Shown here: one piece after another, positions 24,501 to 35,300 of the stretch
Layout: every line of letters begins with the position of its first letter
Numbering within the stretch: the first letter of the stretch is position 1
Program-made: the position numbers and the translations under genes
Notes under the pieces: model-generated
Databases searched by the model: none
Told to the model about the DNA's origin: nothing
What the model saw: only the letters and a program-made list of their open reading frames with translations
DNA from: Oikopleura dioica
Lineage: Eukaryota > Animalia > Chordata
Length of the DNA: 64,000 nt
Direction of reading: 5' to 3'
Assembly: GCA_907165135.1 (NCBI GenBank)
Contig: OU015569.1
Span: 6,882,001-6,946,000, forward strand

Positions 24501-26656
24501 GCTCCAAAAGTCAAAGCTGGGCACAAGAAAATCACGAACAAACATTATTTGAATCAATTTGCCCTATCGTTACTCATTTCTGGAATCAAGTTTGACAAGA
24601 TTGATCTTTCGATAAACTCCGATCAACTAGAAAAGCTTGATGGAATACTGCACATTATCATTAATATGCTTGATTCAAACAGGCACAGTGACGAGGCCAT
24701 GTTCATCTTTAGACTTCTCCAAAGGTAATGAGTATTTAGAATAAAAGAAGCTTAATTTCTATTTAAAGGATGCTTAAAAATCCCCGCTTTTCAACCCTTC
24801 ATGATTCGAAACAGTTCACAAAGCTCGCAGAAAAGCTCTTTTTTGTGCTCAAGAATCAGTGCCGTGGAAATGCATCTAACTCGGAGTATGTCTCTGCAGT
24901 ATTCAAAGCTGTTACTGCCTTGATCTCGTCTGATTACGGTCCACTGAGTGACGACTACTTATTGGTTCTACTTGGCTATGCTGAGGAAGACTTATTCAAC
25001 AATGAAAGGCAGGCTACGGCTTTTCCGCTTTTACATGCAATGCTAAAGAGGAATAAAGTGTGTGACGAGATGGAGTACATAAGCACGAAAGTATTTAAGC
25101 TTTCAATTCAGGTAGCTTTGCTTTTCGTTGGGTCAGTAGTTATTCATTTTTAGGCGGATACTGAAGCCGGGCGTTCCTCTGCTCGAAACTTCTTTATTCA
25201 ATTCCTGATTGATTACCCACTCGGCCCGACTGTACTGGACAGATATATCAATAAACTTCTCGGAAACACGAACTATGGCATTGATACCGGTCGTGAGTCC
25301 GTCATCGCTAGTATTCGACATGTCGTCTCAAAGTTTCCAGACAAAATGATGCGTCCACGCTGCTCTCTCTTCTTCACGGTCCTTGCTACCTCGTTCTCTA
25401 CAGACGAATCTATTAAAGTTCGTGAAGACGCCTCTGTTGTTTTGAAGGAGCTCACATCTAAGTACCCAAGCGAGGACTACGCGAATCTTACTTGTGAGTA
25501 TTTGGAGCACGAAGACCCCGAAAAGGTTCGACTTGGGCTGCTTCTTATTGGATTTCTGTTGGAAGAACTGAAGGGTAGTTTACAGATCGAAGTAGTGATC
25601 AACGCGATTAAAAATCTGGTGACTAATGAAGAATTCGGATCAGTCGACGATGCACTCTTGGTTGCATTATTTGACGGTAACTCAGCTGAGTTTTCTTTAT
25701 TTCATCCCCTTTTGTAGCTCTCGAGGGATTACTAGAAAACTTTGACCTCGAAAGGTCGTATCAGTCAGCGATTGAGTGCTTTTCAAGAGCAGCAGAGCAA
25801 CATCTCAGTCATCCTCATTCCTGGGTGCGTGAGCGTGCTGCCAAGCTTATTTACCAGCTGGTAAAAGGAAAGACGCTGAAAGAACTCAACAGCGACTACC
25901 CAGAATTCTGGGATGATGCGAAGGTCAGATCGGTCGCTATAAGTTGCGTGTTGCAGTTTAAATGTGCATTTGTCGGACGGGAAGAAATGGAACCTTGTAA
26001 ACTGCTAGTTATTTGGATATTGGACGAATTCGTGAAAAAGTACGATCAAGAACTCGAAGAAAAAGAAGGCAAACGATCGGAACTATTATGGCTTACCCAG
26101 AAACTCAACGGCGTGGCAGCTGAGGAAAATTCAGACAGGTAAATCCTTCAATTCTCGAAAAAGAAATAAATTTTTCAAAGGCCAAAAGAAACTGTGCGTC
26201 GCGAGCTAGTTATTGAACTATTCATACAGTTTATCCACAAGCATAAGAACGAAAGAATTCCCCACTTGCACGTGATGATGGAGGTTCTAGCGAGAGAGGC
26301 GACGGCGAAGGAAGACTCTAGGCAAACGCCAGAGGAGCTGCGGAAATTATCGCATAAAGGTTTGGATTTTGTAATTTTCGTTTCGAACTCTTTTAGGTGC
26401 CACCGTTGTCGAAAAGATGGTTGGTACTGTTGCGTTTGCGAAAGCCTGGGACACTGCCCGTAGCGCGCTTTCAAGCAGGAGGGAAAAAAGAGGAAGAGTT
26501 AAGCAAGAGATGGCAGTTACGAATCCAGAGGCGTTCAACTTAGCGAAGATCGCCAAGCAAGAAAAAGAGAAGGCCAGGCGGAAACGCCGCCTTCAGGAGA
26601 TGAAAATGTCTGGCGGAAAGAAACGAAGTAAAATGAACACCCTTGATAAAATGTGA
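18542..26656 (+). CDS. UTP20: U3 snoRNP / SSU processome HEAT-repeat protein UTP20
   Basis: N-terminus HKETNQFRFRSFNERI...RWMELDLS. Motifs FKNPTSLYREPEL, DFFQLVTHIQYHKRR, LRSRNFSQREIARKAL, LQRGYQKHV, DYPLG and RESV. Basic C-terminus NPEAFNLAKIAKQEKEKARRKRR. Includes a 1891 aa uninterrupted ORF. Confidence 0.95.
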
Positions 26657-26727
26657 CATGATCACAGTGACTGTTCATAATTGCGTTCAATTCTAGTAAT
26701 TTGTTTACCGCCCTTTTTTAGAATAAT

Positions 26728-26987
26728 ATGTCGAACGAGGAGCCGCTCTTTCCAAAATTGACTTTCTTCGTTCCTAAACCGTAAGTAGCACCGCCAGTTA
26801 ATAAATTTAGTCCGTGCCGAAACCGGGTGATGATGATCATGAGCTAAGTAATCAAGCGTAACCTTTTAGGTACTTGTTATCTACGAATCGCAACTTTGTT
26901 CCAGCACTGACAAAGCCCGTCATTATGTCCGTGAAGTCCACACAACTCCTGATGCTTGAGCAAAGGCAAAGAGAACTACAGAAATGA
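26728..26987 (+). CDS. Small two-exon protein of about 56 aa (unknown)
   Basis: ATG follows TTTTTTAG. Exon 1 ends at gtaagt; splicing to the ttttag at about 26870 gives MSNEEPLFPKLTFFVPKPYLLSTNRNFVPALTKPVIMSVKSTQLLMLEQRQRELQK*. Confidence 0.4.
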
Positions 26988-27126
26988 AGAACTATCCTTT
27001 ACTTTCCTTTTGAAGTTAATTTTCTACTGTATTAAATGTCTATTTTTGAAAGAAGCGTGAATGCGACGCTAATTTTCAGGAAATTGAGACGTCGGTTTTG
27101 ATCTCCTGAGCGTTAACCGAATCTGG

Positions 27127-29152
27127 ATGTCGGAAAATGGTTCTCAGAATATGCAAGGTACCGGTATGTTCACATTCAGGTCTACACTTATCAATTTTTT
27201 TTCTTTGCATTTTTCTTCGCAGAGTAATAAACGGCACTAATGCAGGCCGACGAATAGTGAACGCAAAGCACTTAAGACAAAACCACATTTCATTTATCAA
27301 AAAGGTTATTGAAGGTTATCTTACTCCCAGATATTTCTGTCAGGATCATCGCATGATACATTTTATGTTTGTTACATAGTGACCGCTATGTTACATACGA
27401 CTAATATACTCTCATTTATCAATTTATTTCCTCTGGATGTCTCTCCAGAGCTAGGACTCGTGCATGAAAATATTTTGCGACTACTTCTCGTATAAGTTCT
27501 AGATTTCGCGATAAAAATTTGAATTAAAAAGTAGAATTTCTATTTTAGAAACTTGATTATCGAGTTCAGTAGTCGTAAAGTAACCTAATTTCTCTATCAA
27601 TATATATTTATATTGATAAATCAATTGATAATATTGATATATATATAATTCAGTATCACTTTCAAATTTAGGTAATCATATTATCTATGATTTTGTGGAT
27701 GCGCCTGTCAGTCAGCCGCTAGATTTTTCAAGCGTGCAAAATCTGGGAACCCCGATTGGCATGCTGCAAATTCCTAGAGGCTCGACTGTTAGCATCATTG
27801 AGGCACCTCCAGGTTGTCAGACCGTACCGATTATCGATGCAGTTTCGCAGCGAACGATGAGTGAAAGAATGTGTATTCCGACTACGAGTCACGGTCATCC
27901 TCCTCAACGGAATTACAAATATATTCTGTCTTCAAGCCAAGGCCATCCCTCTCCACCTAATTGCGTGAATGTTCCGTCCACGAGTAAAGGCAATCCTTCT
28001 CAATTTAATAACGAGAATATTCTGACTACGAGTCAAGATCATCCTTCTCAGCGGAAATATGGGAATATTCTGGCTACGGGTCAAGGCTATCCTTCTCAAC
28101 CCAATTACGAGAATATTCCGTTGACGAGTAAAGGCCATCCTTCTCAACGGAATTATAAGTACACACCATCTACGAGTCAAGGCTACCCTTCTCAACCCAA
28201 TTACGAGAATATTCCGTCGACAAGTAAAGGCCATCCTTCTCAACGGAATTATAAGTACATACCATCTACGAGTCAAGGCTACCCTTCTCAACCCAGTTAC
28301 GAGAATATTCCGTCGACAAGTAAATGCCATCCTTCTCAACGGAATTATAAGTACATACCATCTACGAGTCAAGGCTACCCTTCTCAACCCAGTTACGAGA
28401 ATATTCCGTCGACGAGTAAAGGCCATCCTTCTCAACGGAATTATAAGTACACACCATCTACGAGTCAAGGCTACCCTTCTCAACCCAATTACGAGAATAT
28501 TCCGTCGACAAGTAAAGGCCATCCTTCTCAACGGAATTATAAGTACATACCATCTACGAATCAAGGCTATCCTTTTCAACCCAATTACGAGAATATTCCG
28601 TCGACGAGTAAAAGCCATCATTCCCAACGGAATTACCAGAAAATCGAAAGAATTGACAGAAATATCATCAAGAAACCAAGGGTTACCAGTGCTAAACCGG
28701 CCATACTAAAGAAGTGGAGGCCTGTGAAAGTTAAAACAACTCCGGCCCGGCAGTCTCCGGGTCCATACATGGAGCTCTTCTTTAAACAGATGAATATACG
28801 AAGAATTGACGAAGTTACACACTCTATACGTAGTTTACGGCAGCGTGCGTCTAGCAGTCAAGATTTTGCAGATTACGGCCAAGACTATCCAATCACTTGC
28901 ATAGGATGCCAAGAGGAATATAATGAATATTTAGCCCGAACTCTCGATCACGATACCGCAGATGGCCGGCGATGTAGGCAGATAGTTTTTTCGAAAAGTT
29001 TTCTTAGAAATATTCGTCAGTTCACAGGCAAAAAGGGGCAATTCGGCAAATTTTCGGCCATGACTGTCGTCGAATTTTTCATTTTATTACTGTATTTATT
29101 CAATTTCGAAGCTTTCCAAGGTGAAAATCAGACTGTTCAGCGGATTTCTTAA
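27127..29152 (+). CDS. Orphan protein with a 16-aa S/T/P/Y/Q tandem repeat array and a C-terminal CxxC region
   Basis: 485 aa ORF at 27695-29152. Its acceptor tttag|GT (about 27672) can join an upstream mini-exon MSENGSQNMQG (27127-27157, gtaccg donor). The true 3' end is uncertain because the ORF runs into a MITE-like element. Confidence 0.65.
27884..28651 (+). repeat. Coding tandem array, 16 x 48 nt, alternating A/B units
   Basis: Units TSKGHPSQRNYKY(T/I)PS and TSQGYPSQP(N/S)YENIPS. Unit 1 starts at 27884 and unit 16 at 28604 (exactly 15 x 48 later). Units 6-8 recur as units 12-14. Confidence 0.97.
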
Positions 29153-29195
29153 ATTTCTGTCCGAAAATCTGGCCAAATTGACCGTTTTGCTTGTG
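29023..29195. mobile_element. MITE-like element with about 35 bp imperfect terminal inverted repeats
   Basis: The left end CACAGGCAAAAAGGGGCAATTCGGCAAATTTTCGG (29023-29057) matches the reverse complement of the right end CACAAGCAAAACGGTCAATTTGGCCAGATTTTCGG (29161-29195). The interior is AT-rich. No clear TSD. Confidence 0.65.
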
Positions 29196-29352
29196 TATAT
29201 TTAAATAGACTTTAGATTAAGCAGTTTTCTACAGAATTGCATTCGCATGAAGCATCTTTTAATCTAATTAAAATTAGGGCTAGGGACATATTCTTTGAGA
29301 CGTGGTCTGACGGAAATATTTAGTCTACAGAAGATGCGAGGAGTTTGATGAG

Positions 29353-32300
29353 ATGTTCGGGCAAAAACCAACTATAACTTCTGATGAGGATCTGATAATC
29401 AACAATGTTGAAGTGAACGACGCTTGTGATGAGACGCTAGAGAACGGTATTGAGGTCAATGTTCCAATCGCTAATGAAGAGGCGGTTCTTGATAACGGTA
29501 TTTCAATTTCAATAAATATAAAGTAACTTGTTAAAGACAACATGGCATTCGACGAAATGTTTTCATTCAACAAGGAAAACCAAGTCGATTATGTCGAAGT
29601 ACCCACCACTGAGGAGCACACAGTAGTGGAAGAGCACATTCAAGTGCCTGAAGTCGTTATTGGAGAGGCCGTAGCCGAAGAGACGGTGATTGAAGAACCT
29701 CCGTTTCAAGAACAAGTAGCTGAACCTACATTAGAGTCGATGCTATCAATTGATCCGGGCTCGATTCCTGTTCCTGTTGAGGATGGAAAGACCCTTGAAT
29801 CTCAACTCGAAGCTATCGTCGGTGAATTGATCCCGATTGAAGAAGAAAAGAAAGGTGGTGGATGCGTCCCCGTGGAAGATGAAATCAATCCATCAGATTT
29901 CGCATCAGCTTCTGAAGAACCCGAGCAGGTGCATTTTTCCTCGCAGGAGATCGAGTATACGACAGAAGAGGTGATTGAGGAGTCGCAAGATGATTCGAAC
30001 GAGTTGATTGTTGAATCGCAAAATGAGTCGCAAGACTTTGTTCCCGAAACGCACGAACTGAATCTGGAAAACTACGAGATAATTGATGGTCCGATTGATT
30101 CCGCTGCGATAGAACCTACTCCGTTTGACTCTGTGCCAGATGAAGAGAATATGGTCAATCTCGTACCAGTGGACGACGCCGGACAGGAATTATTCGAAAA
30201 TGGTCATTCGGATCAGAATCATATTGGCACACAGTACGAGGTGTCTACTTCTCAAACTGAAAACAGCATCTTCGACGAGAAACCTAAACCAACATTGATT
30301 CTGCAAGAAAACAGGTAGTTAATTATTATTATTCTTAAGGCCAATTCTGTTCGTAGACCTCCTGTACAACTGATGAGCCAAACGTCAAATACGCCGATCC
30401 AACCAAGGCCAGCTGGTGTATCGCCGACGCCGCTAAAGAAAAAACCACCCCGAGTAAGAGCACCAAGAACGAAACGTAAATCATCCGTCAACGCTGCTTC
30501 CCCAGCTCCTACAATCTTCACACTGCTCCCAACGAGCGCTGTGAGCACAGCTTCTACAACAACTGTGGCATCAAGCCCAGTGTCAGGCGTATTGTCTGTG
30601 TCAGGCGAGAACTCATTCAACTCAATTCAAATTATTCAAGCTGCGCAAATGATTAACGGAGGTGCTACTCAAATATTTCAACTCGGACCGAATGGACTTC
30701 TCCAACCTACGTCTATTCAACCAGTAATCCAGCAATACGTTCTTCAAGTACCGAGCACTGTCCAAAGCAGCGACCCGAATAATAAACCACGTGTCATTCG
30801 TCTCCAGACCCCCCAGCCAGCTGAATTCGTCAAATCTCAATCGCCCATGATTTTAAACTCTACACCGAATCGCCGCCTGTCACTACAAGAAATACAGCCC
30901 AGTCGACAACAGGTCATACGTCCGTCTTCAATTTTGACGCCCAATGTGCCGGAGAAATCCGCGCCCGTGCCGTCGACCCCAAATGGAACAAATCTCGGTT
31001 CAGTGTTCAAAACCATGCAAATAAACAGCCCATCCATCAGACCCGCTGAACCATATCATCCTGGCCTTACTGCACAAGATAAATTGATAAAACAACGCAG
31101 TGAAATGCGTAAGCGGTACGAAATGTTGCGCGAAGCGGCAGAAATTCGTCGGGATGAAACATTCAAAGTAAGTCTAGCCAACTTCATAATTTTCGCTAGG
31201 ATTCACATTATCATCACAATTAAACACACCAAATTTAAGCCCTACCGTGCCCGAAAAGTGAAAGGAAGGCCTCATCCAGATCCTGTTATAGAATCCATTG
31301 CTCTTTCATCGGTCGCAGTGCCTGATGTTACCGCAAAGATCTCTCTTCCTTCTGATATCATTCAGGAAGGCAAGCTCTCTGATTTACAGCTTGAAGCTGT
31401 AGTTTATGCAGCACAACAACACGCAGGTTTCTATCCATCCGGCGAAAGAAAAGGCTTCCTTTTGGGAGACGGTGCCGGCGTTGGCAAGGGAAGATCGATT
31501 TCGGGAATCATTTACGATAACTGGTTGCAAGGCCGGAAGAAGGCAATTTGGCTCTCCGTGTCAAACGATCTTAGACATGACTCTGTTCGAGATTTGACAG
31601 ACATAGGCGCAACTATGATAAGTATGTTCTTTCGTGTTATACCAAGCCATTTTTTTATAGATGTATATCCCTTGCACAAATTCAAATATGGACATAAACT
31701 CGGGGAGAAAGAAAACGGCCGTGTTCAAAATGGAGTCATTTTCGGCACTTACGCATCTCTCATCGGAGAGCGCCACCAAGCTGGTACTACGACTAAAAAA
31801 GCTGCCCAGGCCACTCGACTTCATCAACTCGTCACCTGGTGTGGTCGCAATTTTGATGGAGTAATTGTATTCGATGAATGCCACAAGGCCAAAAATTTAT
31901 ACCAGGGTAAGATGAAAGCCAAATTGAAGATGTTTAATGCTATTTAGCAAATGGAAAGCCCTCGAAGACTGGAACGACCGTTCTTGAGCTTCAGCGTCAA
32001 TTGAAACAAGCTAGAGTTGTTTATGCTTCTGCGACAGGTGCTAGTGAGCCGAAGCACATGTCGTACATGAGTAGACTTGGACTTTGGGGCGCCGGAACTG
32101 GTTTCAAAAGCTCCGATCAGTTTGTCGATGCACTCACCAAAGCTGGAGTAGGTGCCATGGAACTGGTGGCAATGGATATGAAGCGACGAGGGGTCTACCT
32201 AGCACGTCAGCTCTCATTCGAAGGCTGTGAATTTGATCTTGAAGAAGTACCCCTAGATGGTTTCTTCATGACATTGTACGACGCTGCCGCAGAGCTCTGG

Positions 32301-35300
32301 CGTGACGCGAAGGAGTACTTTGCCCAGGCAGCCAGTCTTCTTGGTGATGACTTCAAGATGCCTGGTATGTGGCAGCAGTTTTGGGGCGCACACCAGAGGT
32401 TCTTCAAATACCTTACAATGGCAGCAAAAGTGAACAAAGCCTGTCAGATCGCACGGAAAGCAGTTAGAGAAAATCAATGCGTCGTCATCGGCCTGCAGAG
32501 TACTGGCGAACAAAGAACCAATGAAGAAATGGAACGAATCGTGGCAGACGGAGAAGAACTAAACGAGATGGTATCTAGCTGCAAGGGTGTTTTTAGACGA
32601 CTATTGGATACACACTTTCCCGTTTCTGATCGTGATAAACTCGCAGAGCTTGGCATCAACTTTGATTTGCCTGATTCGCCCGAGAAAGTTCAAGACCAAC
32701 GCGATAAAAAACCTCGATACATGAGTATGACTACTACTGCAGATTCGAATGTGGAATCTGATCCAGAGGATGATCTTGGTGATTTGACTGCTGCCTTTGG
32801 CGAGAGTGAAGACGAGGAAAATGAGTCTTCCATCAAGAACGGCAAGAACCGCGACTCGAAGAAGCGCGTTCGCGTTGACTCTATCTCGGATCACTTTCGA
32901 GCTGCCGGTTTCAAAATGCGCAAAGTCGACAAAGAAGCGGAGGAACATCGCAAACGAGCAGCGGCGATCGAGCAGTGTGCTTATTTGAAGAGGACTCTCT
33001 GGGAGAAACTATTAAAGATTACCAATTTGCCTGGAAATGCCCTCGATGAGCTGATGGATGGCCTTGGTGGCCCAGAAATGGTTTCTGAATTGACTGGCCG
33101 AAAGAATCGACAAATTATTACCGACCAAGGTAGCTAATAGAAACTCATTTTAACCATTAACGATGTTATTTCAAGGAGTTCAGTATGAAAATCGAGCACA
33201 GTCCGCTAATGTGCCGTTAGAACAAATAAATCTAATTGAAAAAGACAATTTCATGAAAGGCAAAAAGCTTTTCGCAATCATCTCCGACGCAGCCAGCTCG
33301 GGGATATCACTCCACTGTGATCGAAGATGCGCGAATCAGAACCGTCGACTTCACCTTACCCTAGAACTGCCATGGTCAGCCGATAAGGCTGTCCAACAAT
33401 TCGGACGTACTCACCGCTCCAATCAAGTAATTTTTAAGGATGAAAGATGCGTTTTAATTGTGCGTTTCAGGTGTGTCCTCCTAAGTACTGCTTTCTTATC
33501 TCCGAATTGGCTGGAGAACAGCGATTTGCCTCAGTCGTCGCGCGTCGCTTGGAATCCATGGGAGCTCTCACCCATGGCGATCGACGTAGTGCCCAGAAGC
33601 ACGGCGACCTTACTCGATTCAACTTCGATACGAACTATGGCAAAAAGTCGCTTGATCTAGTGCTCAAATCTATTCTTGGGGAGGAGCGCAATTCTGTCAA
33701 ATTTCCGGAGTTCTACCACGGCAACTTTACAGAAGACATGAAACGGTATTTCTATCAATCACTCACTTTATTAATAACTCTGTTCAGGGCTCTCTACGAG
33801 ATCGGAATTTTCGTATGGAAAGACGAAAGCAAGACTCGAATGCGAACCGATGGAGACATCTCAGTTTCGAAGTTCTTGAATCGGCTTTTGGGAATGTCGA
33901 TTGCTTGTCAACAGGGATTGTTTCACTATTTCTCGGAGACATTGGACGATATTATGACGGAAGCACGAATGAATGGAACCCTCGACGAGGGTGTGATGGA
34001 CGTCGGTAATGCAACCGATAAGGTCGGGTTCTCATTAATAAAGCTAGCCGCCCATGGTCATAGATAAAGATAAATCTTAATGCTTTCAAATAATATTTAA
34101 AACCCTGAAAGCTACATGTTGTTGGACAGAATGTATTCACAACGTCTGAGGATTGCACACTCAAGTTGCTCAAGATTAACCACTTCAAGGGCGTAGAATG
34201 GGTTGATGCTCTCAACCAGAGTAAACGACTCAATGGAAAGTTTTATGTTGACGAATCCGGCAAACTGCCAGTCATGCTCTACCCAAAGGGTGACAAGGTA
34301 GTGTTAGTTATCGTGGCATATATAATTTTCGATTTTAGTTCGTTTGCATTAGACCGAATCACTCTGTTTCGGAAGTAGCCTTTGAAATGAGCCACTGGCA
34401 AGCGCAGTTCAAACTCCAAGATGAGTCTGTCAATCCAAGTGCGATGGCTCAAATTTGGCGCGAGTGCTATGAAGGAACTGCCAACAATTGCATCCATCAA
34501 TATACTGAGGTATGTGTTACACTGATAAATGGACACGCATAAGTTGGAGTGTGACAAGAGCCAGCAACTACAACACGAGGCTTTGTGTGTTTTCATCCTT
34601 TATTGTTTTTAATTTGAGCAAAAAAGTAAAAGACAGACGTGAAAATTCAAGTGATCAAGAAGAATTTTAATAGAACATAATTGCAATCGGTCATGATACA
34701 GCCTAGAAATGTGACTAGTTCAGAGTGGAGTACTCTTCTCTTCTATATGGGTCATTTTTCTTGTAGAATTGGGGCGAAATGTTTTGATCTCAACGTTTGT
34801 TTGTATGGGCAGTTGGGGGTTTGAGCAGCTCAGCGTAGTTCTGCGAGGAGTTACGGACGTTCTGTCCTCCGAGTATTCCAGCTGAAAACAATTTAACGGC
34901 TCATTCGACAGTAGCAATTTATTTTAAAAGATTTTCTACTTACATGCTATAAGATTTGTAAGCAGATTCGGCTGTGCGTTGCCAGCAGCCAAAAGTTGCT
35001 GCAGTGCTTGGAGCTGCTGGTTCACTTGTGTACCACTGTTCTGAGCAGGTGAGCTGTTTTGAGCTGGCTGCGTCAAATTTGTCAAATCTAAACCATTTAA
35101 AATTTTTCACATAAGAGGTCGTTACTTTGAATCTGCGAAATAGCACGCAGTAAATCCGAGTTCGAGGGGTTGTTCTGTCTCTGCTGTTGTTGCTGTCTTT
35201 GTCGTTCTAATTGGCTTCTGACAAGCTCTTCTCGTTGTTTTTGCTTTCGAATGCGTTCCAGTTCCATTTGTTTCTGGAGCTCTTTCTGTTTCTGCTGCTC

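Noticed and set aside
27590-27660. Very AT-rich palindromic stretch with ATTGAT/ATCAAT repeats
   Set aside because: Low-complexity intronic sequence with no defined termini or TSD.
27932-28627. 231 aa Arg-rich antisense ORF across the tandem array
   Set aside because: It is a by-product of a stop-free repeat unit read on the reverse strand; it begins and ends at the array edges.
27884-28651. CRISPR-like regular repeat
   Set aside because: The units are contiguous with no unique spacers, are in-frame coding, and sit in a eukaryotic context.
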